Source: Podarcis erhardii (Eukaryota). From it: a stretch of DNA of 64,000 nucleotides. Location of the stretch: NCBI GenBank assembly GCA_964252035.1, contig OZ176213.1, one strand, 5' to 3'. Numbering within the stretch: position 1 is the stretch's first letter; each line of letters opens with the position of its first letter. The position numbers and the translations under genes are program-made. Positions 1-30,400 of this stretch are shown piece by piece. The notes under the pieces were generated by a model. That model was not told the origin of the DNA. It worked only from the letters and a program-made list of their open reading frames with translations, and did no database searches.

Positions 1-1134
1 TCTAATGAATGTGCACAACAAAGGTTTAGGTTCCCCTAGCTAAGTTCTCTCTCATCCTTGGTCTTGTGGGCAGGCAAAAACACACCCAAGACTCTTCTTG
101 ATATCACGTATGGTTGGTGAGTAAGCCTGGTTCACAATAGTGCATCACTGGTGTAATCAAGTACTGATGAGTTATGGATGATTTGTCTTAAACATGCAGC
201 AAAATGTGGTGACAAAATCTGTAGAGTTCCAGGATGGTACAATGCACTGTACTCCTTATACAGGTGAATGAATGGCATACTGTGCTAAGTAAAAGCAAAC
301 CCTTTCACACAACAGGGAGGCTACAACCCCTCTTCAATAAATGCTTTAAAAAATAAAATTTAAATGTGCCAAGCACTAAACAGTCCATTCTATGACCATG
401 TTGCACTATAGGTGTAGACTAAGACAAAAGCACAGCAGCGGAGGCAAAAAGAGAGAGTTCTCCCTGTGGCAGCTCCTTTGCAGGTTGCTATTTGGCACAG
501 CACTCTGTGTGATGCACACTTGCAAAGTTCAGCCTGTAGACCTCAAGCAAGACAGCAAAACCCATCCTCTGGAGGAGGGATGGAGATTGCTGGACTCAAA
601 TTTTCATCAACCCCAGCCAGCAAGGCTCATAGTCAGGGATGGTGGGAGTTAGGGTCCTGGAACATCTAGGGGGCCACAGTTCACCTACCCCGGCTCTGGA
701 ACATATTCCAAAGAATGTTTCCTCAAGGTCAGCTTACAAAGCTTCAGCTATCTACCCATCCAATCGCATCCAGGAGACCTCAAAAGCTCCTGCACCAATA
801 CATGCTATTCCCCTGGCCACTGGAAAGCAATGAGGTGGATTTTCTTTGGGAAAGGGTTCCTGAATGTGGGTCTTCCAAGAGAGGAATATTTTTACTCCGA
901 GTAAAAAACAACAAAGTAGCAACCCCGCTACTTGAGGAAGTTCCTCAAGGCCTGGCTAAGGATTCGCTGAAATTCAGCCACCCCGAGTGTTTTGAGCTTT
1001 TGAAGAAAAGCTAATAATAACTGCACTCTGTGCTGTTATCTGAAGTATTGTTACTATGCAGTGAAGTGTTCCTAAGCAATGTAAATGCTATTTTTACACT
1101 CTGAGTATGTCAGATACCCAAGGCAGTGAATGAA

Positions 1135-1280
1135 GGGTTGGAGCTCATTAGCAGGGCATCTGCTTTGCATGCAGAAAGTTCCAGCCTCAATCACCAACTT
1201 CTCCTGAAACTTTGAAGAGCCTCTGCCCGCCAGTGTAGATCAATGGTCTGACTGTGAACGAAGGCAGCTTTCTATGTTCT
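1135..1280 (+). mobile_element. tRNA-derived SINE, Squam2-like (internally deleted)
   Basis: GCATCTGCTTTGCATGCAGAA head; GGTCTGACT...AAGGCAGCTTTCTATG tail. Confidence 0.7.
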
Positions 1281-1780
1281 CCACAAGATCCAAATCAATT
1301 AAAACATCGCAATTTAAAATTACGTTTAGGATACACAACACAGCAGCACAACCCCCCTCCGCAACAAACAGAAGTAGCAGCAGCAGCAACATCACCACAA
1401 GTTATTAGCAAAAACTTTGCAATAAAAACAAGCAATAAATTAATTAGCAGGGAGGGGTGCAGGGGAAGCAACCAAGTTGCCATGGCACCATGTTCTGTAC
1501 TTTCAGAGAGATTGGGCAACCTACAGAAACGACCTCCTAAATGGGAAAAAAACACATCCCCAAGTGACTTCTATGTTGAAAGTTTAACAAGAGGCTGCCA
1601 ACTGCCATATAGTTCCTCTAAACACCTAGTGCAGCCAGGAGCATCCATGTCTTGTTTCAAGGATTTAGAAAACAGGTTGCTGAACCTTTTCCGAGCAGAG
1701 GGCTGCACTGAGCCACAGCCAATTCTCCAAGGGATACATGCCAAAATGGGAATGGCAGAAAAAGAGAAACCTTATTTGTA

Positions 1781-1782
1781 TT

Positions 1783-1822
<40 letters not shown>

Positions 1823-1823
1823 T
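1781..1823 (+). repeat. (TTTC)n microsatellite
   Basis: About 10 perfect units. Confidence 0.97.
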
Positions 1824-2696
1824 AAAAAAGAAATATATCAGTGATACGTAAGGTGGAGGCCACAACCAGCATGTAAGGAACTATTATTAATGGAATTAAT
1901 GCTTCCTTCTTCCTCTCCCTACCCACAAATGTAATTCCTTGTCTTCCAACTAAAAACATTACCGCCTACTTGAAGAACTTCCTACACCAACCTTCTTGCT
2001 TCCTCTCCATTCATTTCCTTAGAAATCATTCTCAAATGAAACAATTTATGCTCCCACTCCCTAAGTTACTTTATTGACCTCCACATTAATTACTCCCTTT
2101 CCCCGTCATGAAGAACTCCCCCTCTTTCTTTCCTGTTTCTGCTCCCCGCTAGCTCATTTAGTGCTCACCACTCAATTTACCGCTGGGTTAAAGTGCAGCT
2201 GTGATGCTTCGTCCCACTTAATGCTGCAAGGCTTTCAACAGCTCTTGGGACTGATCAGTCAAGACCAGCTCCCCTTTGGCAGTTAAAGCATCAGTGTTAC
2301 CGGAAATAAAGACATTAGGATTGATGAGGGTTCAAGAAGCCCAGTGAACACAGACGTTTGCAGCTCAAAAACAAGGTGGACGTTTGAGGAACACTTAAAG
2401 GAAATCCTTTGAAAACATTTAAAACTCTCATTGAGGCAAGATTGCAAGACCTGCGGAAACTAAGTCCCCCACCTTGAAAAGTGTCAAATGTTGCGAGTTC
2501 TCCATGGGCCACTGAAAATATCTTGGGGGCCACGTACAGCAGACAAGCTATGGGGTAGCCACCCATGTTAAAAGCCAGCCCAGCCCTGTATTTGTGCCTT
2601 GTGGGCAACAGTTAATCCACATGTGTGTGTTTCACAGAAAGAAAGGCCTTGGGAGGGGGGGAGTAAAATTGTAACCTGGGGCTTTTCTGAGAAAGC

Positions 2697-2883
2697 AGCT
2701 GTATGTAGTTTGATGGCAGAGCATCTACCTTGCATGCAGAAGACCTCGGGTTCAATCCTGGCATCTTCAGGCAGGGGTGGGGGGAGAACCCTGCCTGAAA
2801 CCTGGGAGAGCCATGGCCACTCAGTGCAGACAATACTGAGCTAGACAGACCAATGATCTGATTCTGTTTAAGACAGCTTTCTA
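2697..2883 (+). mobile_element. tRNA-derived SINE, Squam2-like
   Basis: GGCAGAGCATCTACCTTGCATGCAGAAGACCTCGGGTTCAATCCTGGC (A/B boxes) ... ACAATACTGAGCTAGACAGACCAATG...AGACAGCTTTCTA. Confidence 0.8.
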
Positions 2884-3053
2884 ATATTTAAGGGGAAGGG
2901 TTATTTAAGCTTCCTGTGTTCCAGCACAGCTTCAATAAATATTTTCATATCTTTCTCCTGAAATAAAATTGTTTGAAATTGGAATAAAATATGTTCCTTA
3001 CAAAATAAAAGAAATGGATGGCATTAGAGCATCCTGGGCTTTACAGAGGTTTC

Positions 3054-23083
<20,030 letters not shown>

Positions 23084-23774
23084 GGCTAGACTTACGTTGT
23101 AGTTGCTATCATGGCATGGTTTCCAACAGTCTAGGCCAAAGTCTGGACTAGTATATACATGAGGGCATCACCACTGGAAAACACACACACAAATGGATGC
23201 CAAATGCAGAAATTAATAGATATGCTAGATTCCTGCGTTTTAAGAAAAACAAAGCAACAATCTCTGCTTTCATAAGAGGAGAAGAATCATCATCCCATAG
23301 CCACACCACTGCAGGTTAGCATGTGGTCCTTGAAGTTTATGCAGCACAACTCTGCTTCAAGCCAAACGTGAAGGAAAGAAAGAAAGAACTTTCTGAACAG
23401 AGCAACTTTTATGGAATCAGTTTCATTGTGACATTGGCCGGAAAGGTCAGTCTGGGCAATGTTACTCCACATCAGAGAATTTCCCACACTGGGAACTGAC
23501 ATAATGCAAAAAACACTGAACGCATATGCTCCGGTCTTCTGCTGAATACAAATGCCGATCTGCTAGCATTCAGACCCAAACGACTCCAGATCCGTGGCAT
23601 GTAGATAGCACTCTGAAACTTCTTTCCAAAGACGTATCTTCATATTTCTACCTAAAAGACAAAATCAGAAAGTTCCAGCCACAAAAAACAGCACAGGTGA
23701 ACACACAATTTTTGTTCCTCCATGGACTATGTTTCAAATGAGGCCTGTCTGGCAGGTCTGGTGCTGTACTGAAT

Positions 23775-23930
23775 AATGACTGTACCCTGTAACTCAGGTA
23801 GGGATACTCTAGCCCTCCAGATGCTGCTGAACTACAAGTGCCATCAGCCCTAGCATGTATGACCAATGGCCAGGGCTGATAGGAGCTGTAGTTCAGCAAC
23901 ATCTGGAGGTCCAAATGTTCCCCACTCCTG
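23775..23930. mobile_element. hAT-like MITE (CCCTCCAGATG family), degraded
   Basis: CCCTCCAGATGCTGCTGAACTACA ... TGTAGTTCAGCAACATCTGGAGG inverted arms. Confidence 0.7.
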
Positions 23931-26628
23931 CTATAACTGGATGAGATCTCTGAATGTCCAAGCAAATAATTCTTCCACACAAAACTCAATTACACAGTTG
24001 GATGTCATGAAATGTAGTAATTGCTACTAAACAAATGATTTCAGAAAAGCATTAAACTCATAGAGAACATGCATGCCCAAAAATATTAGCCATAACAGGC
24101 AGAAATGGAAGCTCCGTGTTCAGAAAAAGCATGCTTGTCCTTACCAGTTGGCAGAGACCAACCAATAAAAGCTTAGTCACTATTACACCCTCTCTGAGCA
24201 CTCATCGGGGCACATTTGGGAACAGAGTGCTAAGCATAAACATTTGTTCTTAACCCAAGAAAGCAACTCTTACTTTTTTGGGATTGGCAGTAACCAATAG
24301 ACATGGTTTGGGCTCTGACAGATTGTGGATGCAAATGTTTCATGCCAATAGAAGATAATCAGCAAAATTATTACACAAAGTATTAGATGATCCACTCTCT
24401 AGAGTGAAAACTGGCAGACAGAAAGTCCTCTAAATAGTGATGAGAGAAAAAGCCAATTACGGCAGCTTGGATGAGGAACTGTCCCCAAATAAAATATCTA
24501 CAACTGGAGATGTCACCGCTGAACGACTGACTGTTCAATATACAGCAGTAACATAGTACTTTGTTTCCCCATGACACAGAAAGTGAGATGCACACAAACA
24601 ACATGCTTTGGAGAATACATTTGTGTGAGTCATGTCCTTGGGGGCACCTGCTACAAAAGTCTCTTACACATTCAAATGACTCCCCCACCCGTTGCTTTGT
24701 GAGTAAACCCCAAGGAAAAATATGTACCCGCTGCCTTGTGGGACATCCTTGGGAGAAGAATAGACTAAGGAGTAAACCCTACACAAATCCAGAGTGGAGT
24801 CCCTAAGACAGTTGTCTTGTATGTCTCTTTCCAGCAACTCCTGCAGCTCACGCTGGTGCCAAATGTATTGCTATGTTTCCCTTTGGACCACATCAGCAAG
24901 GCCAAGAGTGGGTTCTTGTTGTCTGGGTAACCCAAAACCTCCATACACACTGCCCAGATTGGCACCCCGGAGAGATTACTTCAGTGCCGCTAATGCAGCA
25001 AAGGCAATGCAGGAGGCAACAGTTACGAATTACAAGTCTCTGCAGCCACAGCAAGTGCTGTGACTCTCTAGTGGTTTGACTTCACCCCTGGAGACACATT
25101 CCATTGTCTCTCGAGACAGATGGATGCTAACAACTACACTCTGTTCTGCTCTGTCTTGACAGCATCAGGTTGAGTGTCAGAACAAAACCCATCCACTTTC
25201 CTGTCAGGGCAATGGCACAGTAACAGGATTAAGTCTGCGAGATCCAAGTAGCCCAGGCATTCACATATAGTATTCCTTTATTTATAGAACTTATTTCAGT
25301 TTCCAGAGAGTTAATGGAATGCATGCTTCTGGTCCCCATGGCAACAACAGGCCAATTTTTCTTTATTGTTTCCTGGCATTTAGTCACTCCCCACCTGCCT
25401 CCTTTATCTAAGTGAGGTTCACTGTAGCAAAGCTAAGCTCAAGCTTAGGTAGAAAAATTGGCATGATGTGCTGCTTAGCAAAGCCGGGAAGTCCAAAGTT
25501 TAAATCACATAAACTTAGAAGGTGGCCTTTGAACAACCCACCCTTCAAACCTCACCACAACCACCTCATAATTTGGAATATAGAGATAAAACCACTAGCT
25601 CACGTTTTATGACTAAAAGGATGATTGAAATAACATGTGTGGCATGCTCTGGACACTAAGAAAATGTAACTAATGCAAGTGCAAAGTATTTGGAACACAG
25701 AAATAGGTTAATTGCCTTACAGGATCTGAACAAAGTCCACCTGTTTCAACATTCTCTCTCACACATTGATGGGTCAGATAGATACATGGCTGTTTCCTCT
25801 GGACTTGCTCCTAGTATTCAGAGGTACACTGTCTCAGTATAGGGAAGCCCCATTGTGCTGTTGTCCAAAAGACACCAGCAAGGGTACAAGATCTATCTTG
25901 ACATATCTACTTAACCCCCAAAGTGGGGAAATCTGAGGCCCAACTCCCACCAGCCGCAGCAACAGGCCAATAATCCTGAGGGGTGATGGGAGTGCAGAGC
26001 CCAAGAACATCTGGAGGCGTACAAGATCCCTCCACTGCCGGTCTGATCCAACGCTCCCAATTTCCAAAAGCAGTCAAGAAAGCTTCTCCAGGAAGCCCAC
26101 AAAAGCAGAACTATGGTCCTTTCCCCCCCACCACCTTTATTTACCCATTGCATCTAGCGCTGACGTAGACTGCTCCAGCACATGGAGGTTTTGTTTACAG
26201 ACATCCCAGGTAGTAGCTACTGATGGAACTCACTAGGGGGGTTCCGGTGTGGCGTGTAAGAGACTATGTAAAGATTCCCCCTCCTCCTCGTTTAGCCTTG
26301 GCGGTATCCAATTCCCCTCCCCCGCACCGATCCATGCACCCAAAATAAATGCAGAAGCACAAATGGCTTCTGCAAGGGCTGCCCACCCACGCACACATTT
26401 CCCCTGCATTATGTATTAGGGGGAAAGAGAGGAGAAGGCCGAAGCTCATCTCCAAGTCCGGGTTAAACGGGCGGGGGGGGGGCGGGTTCAAAGAAAAGGT
26501 GTCGGTTATTCCCAGCCGGCGAGGTGGCGAAAGGAAGGCCCCGTTGCCCCTGGTAACGAGGGAGGCGCTTTGGAGCGCCTGGGGAGGTTTGTCCCTTCTC
26601 CCGCCCTCTACCCGAAAGCAACGCTTAC

Positions 26629-26800
26629 CGGCGCGCCTCCATTTCTTCGACTCCAAGCTCGCCTCACGGCACCTCTCCGCCTTCCCTCCGGCTACCTCAA
26701 ACCGTTGCCGCGGCCTCAGCAGCTAACCCTTCTCGCAAGCGCCGCCGCCGCTGCTACAACTGCCGCCGCCGCCGGATCCAATTCCTCGCTCCCTCAAGTC
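26629..26800 (-). other. UBN1: Probable UBN1 non-coding first exon (5' end approximate)
   Basis: Consensus donor CCG|GTAAGC at 26628 inside the CpG island; TSS not determinable from sequence. Confidence 0.55.
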
Positions 26801-26987
26801 ACGTGCGAGGGGAGAGGGCGGAGAGAACGAAAAACAACAAGCCAGGGTTGGAGGGAAACCCCCGAGGCCCGCGTCACGTGACGCCAACGGAACGCGCTCG
26901 CGCTCTTCGCTTTTTGACAAGCAGAGCAGGAGGAGGAGGAGGAGGGGGCGGGGGGAGGTCACGCGCGGAGTGCTCCCGCGTCACATG
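26798..26987. promoter_or_regulatory. Cluster of GTCAC-type E-boxes (USF / MiT-TFE CLEAR-like)
   Basis: GTCACGTG 26798, palindromic GTCACGTGAC 26873-26882, GTCACGCG 26958, GTCACATG 26980. Confidence 0.65.
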
Positions 26988-27376
26988 CAAAGGGCCGGCC
27001 TATCAGAGAGAGCGCTGATCTTACAGGGCATCGCTTTCCCTCCATCTCTCCTCTTCCCCTCCCGTCGGTCTTTGTATTGCTGCTGCTGTTGAGGAAAGGA
27101 GGGGGGGGGCGGCGACGGAGTGCGTGCTGCGCGCGCGCCAGCCAGTGTCCCGGTAGGCTCTGCGGCAGAGTGGGAGGGGGGGAGAGAGAGAGCGAGAGAA
27201 GGAAGGAAGAGGAATAGCAGTAGGGATCGTCGTCGCTGCCAATTCTGGCTGTTGAGGGGCGGAAGGAGGGGGAGCCTGAGGAGGGGTGTGGCGGCGTCGG
27301 CTGTAGAGCAGGAGGAGGAGGAGGTGGTAGCAGCGGCGGCAGCAGCAACAGCGACGGTGCCGGCCGGGTCAGGAAA

Positions 27377-27432
27377 ATGGCTGCGGCTGCGGCTGCTGTT
27401 CCTGTGAACCTGCGGCTCGGAGACCTGGTGTG
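27377..27432 (+). CDS. GLYR1: GLYR1 exon 1 CDS (56 nt, [19 protein letters not shown])
   Basis: GAAAATGG Kozak context; TG|GTGAGT donor. Confidence 0.93.
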
Positions 27433-30400
27433 GTGAGTTTCGGGGTGGCACCGGGGCGGTTGGGGGGCGCCTCCCCTCTAGAACGGGGTGAAACGGGGAA
27501 AGCTGAATCTTCTGGCCTGGGCCTCGTAAGCCCGCAGGCCGCCATCGCCGCCGTTTGTGGGCAGAGCCCTGCGAAGGAGGGACACCCCCCCCCCTTCCTC
27601 AGTCACAAACACGGACTCGCCTTGTGGGAGGAGGCACGGGCAAGTCAGCCCCGCGAGGACTTGGGGCGGGATGTGGGGCTAGACTTGCCTCCCGACCACC
27701 TTCCTAGAGGGGAAATTTGCCACCTTTAAGGGGGGGGGGGGAGGAAGTCGCTTCGTAGGGGGGCTGCTGGAGGTGGCGAAGGGCGACTCGACTCGAAGGG
27801 CGGCGCGGCCTGGGGCATGTTGCGAGTGAGAGGAGTTCACTTTTAAGAGACAGAAAAAGGTAAGCTTTGGTGTGAGCGGAGAAGAAAGACGAAAACGAGT
27901 AATATTATCCGGGTGGTCGGGAGATGGGGAGGAGTTAAATCTGAAACACCACCCCATGGCTTCCATTAAATGTAGCCATATTGGGGGCCACTACAGTTTC
28001 CTAAACACGCAACTTCCATAGTTAAGAGGCTTGGGCCTCCTCTGCTTTTCTGCATTTTTAGTACTGAAAGAAACTGAGGTAAAGAGGCAAACTTGGTTGT
28101 GGGGAGGGGGGGAGTGCATGCTAATATTCTCAGTAAGCTGGCAAACTTGTGCGGAAGGGATATTCCGCATCAGTTGGGTTGGTCTTTTGGTAAGAGAAAT
28201 GGAGCCAAGGGTAAATTCCTGCCAGCACTCTGTGTGAGCCAGGAAGTCTTAGGATCAAACTTATTGAAGCCTTAAGCAAGCTGCTTTCCCCCTTAATTTT
28301 AGTTTTTAGACAGCATTGTGGAGAAAATGGCACTGACATATTCCAGAATGGAGCAAAGATTGTAATTAGAATTGTACGATAATGAATTAATTAAAAGTAC
28401 TTTGAAAATTCAAATCAAGGTTACTGCTAAATAAATGGAGTTCTATTAATAGTGATAGTTATTTTAAATAACACGCTTGATGTACAAATGTCTTACTGTT
28501 TTATTTTACTTTTACAGCAACCCTGTGATTCAGGTTGCTGCTGTTCTTCTTTGCAGGATCTGAAGTGGAGAGGTAGTGACTTGGCCAAAGCCACCAAGTT
28601 AGTCCATAGCTGAGCTGGGATTTAAACTCAGGTTTTATATTGTAATCCTATTGATATTTACTCTGAAGTAAGTTCCACTAAGATTAGGGGAGCATACTTC
28701 CATGTAAGTGTGCACTGGGTAGTGTCCTCAGAAGCTTTTGTTCTCGTTTTTATTCTCATTTCGTCTTGTGGAATAGATCACCAATGCAGCCACTTTACGA
28801 ATGGGAAGCATGAAAAGTGGAATGGCTTCTCTACCAAAAGGATACTTTCCTTTTTTACACTAGTTAGTTCAATCGAGTTACTTGAAAAACTGAGGAACCT
28901 GCCCCCAGTACAACAGCTAAGCAAGTTTAAATTATAATGAAGTGAAGTAGTTACTCTGCAAAAAATGCTTTCTAAATTTTGATCCTTTCTAGAATGTTAT
29001 AACAACAGAAGGTATGGCTATTGTTAACGCATAGTTTAGAAGTGGGCAAATAAGTTGAGCTACATTGGAATTTGTTCAATGAGTAATACAAAACCTTTTC
29101 TCCCTGCTCCTTTGCGACTTCCCACAATCATATTATGCACTAAGAGCCACAAGGGAGCTGTTCCATAAAATTATTTGCTACATCTTGACTGTCTCTTCAT
29201 TATATGCCCCAAAATATTTTTTTCAAAAACCAGAACTTCAAATTATGTTCTTAATTAACAAGCACAAAGTGATTGTTGAAAATCCCACATAATGCAGTGA
29301 GGATACTCTGGAAATAACATTGTTAGTCTGCAAAAATGTTTGCTAGCCTTCTGGGGACTGGCGAAAAAGAGATGGAGGGTCGCACTCTTGCAGCAAACTG
29401 TTGTGTTTCTGTGCTAGGGGTGGGCACTTTCCTCATCTGATTCTCTGCCAGCCCATTCATTCACTAGAATAGAATTTTATACACTCAGTTTTATGCATTA
29501 GTCCCTTTATGGTTTCTAGGCCGGTGCTTAAATGCAGGGTTGGTGTCATTGCTTGGTTGTGTTAAGGTTGAGGTACCAAATGGGGTAATCATCTGGAATT
29601 GCCAGTGTAATGGCCACCTTTTGTAAGAGAAGGAGCCAGTAATTATATGTGACTGTGCTGGAGTTGGTGCACAAATACAGAACTGGAAGCAAGACTTAAT
29701 TCTATGAAATTTTTATCTGGGCCTGTGAAGCCTGGGTTTTTTCCAGGGTAGTAGCTCAAGGCCATTGAATGCCAAGCAAGTAGTGAGTCTGCTTCTGGTA
29801 GTTAAACCCCTGTCTTCATTGAGCAGTGGTGTCTGAGCAATATGACTTATTTCAAGAGCCACTGAGCAATTTATTTTTGTGTCCTCAAGATGGGTCATAA
29901 AGCACTAGAACTACAGTACACAGATTTTGCTCCCAAGAGAACATGGTGAATGGTTAATGGTAAAATTTTTGGAGCAGCTATTGAGAATCTGGAAAAACTA
30001 GCAATTATTCATCTTTACATATAAGTGTGGCTTATTGGCAGATACCTCTGCCTTTCAAAGAAATCATATTCCTATGCCCCTCCCTCTAATAATGACTTCT
30101 ATTAAGCATTTTCTCATTTAGTGTTTCTGTTAATTCTTCTAAATGGTGGTCTTAAACAGATTTGTTTTAACTTTGAAACAAATAGCTACCGTATTTTTCA
30201 TCCTATAGGACGCACTTTTCCCCCTCCAAAAATGAAGGGGAAATGTGTGTGCGTCCTATGGGGCGAATGCAGGCTTCAGGAAGCTCTCAGCAAGCCTTGG
30301 GAGCGCGCTGGAGTTCCCATCAGGCTCCCTAGGCTTGCGGATAGCAGCCTGCATCTCGAAGCCTGGGGCACGCTGCACAGCGCGCCCCGGGCTTTGGTTC

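Larger units (their letters stand above)
26240..27900. promoter_or_regulatory. CpG island / bidirectional promoter of UBN1 and GLYR1
   Basis: Abrupt rise in GC and CpG relative to CpG-poor flanks; GC boxes (GGGCGG); contains the first exons of both divergent genes. Confidence 0.92.

Noticed and set aside
1-2000. Periplakin (PPL) 3' end expected from mammalian synteny
   Set aside because: No PPL coding sequence is recognisable. Plus-strand AATAAA motifs (337, 354) alone cannot assign a transcript.
2172-2210. Minus-strand EASQLHFNPAVN* resembling the mammalian UBN1 C-terminus (ASQLH...PAV)
   Set aside because: No polypyrimidine tract or convincing acceptor in front of it; better acceptors exist at 3127 and 2450. 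Probably chance, though RNA-seq would settle it.
24437-24530. GTGATGA ... CTGA resembling a C/D-box snoRNA
   Set aside because: It is antisense to the host UBN1 intron, with no terminal stem and no recognisable rRNA guide.
26264-27729. Many 70-156 aa ORFs around the promoter
   Set aside because: Expected from stop-codon scarcity in a CpG island; the products are low-complexity.
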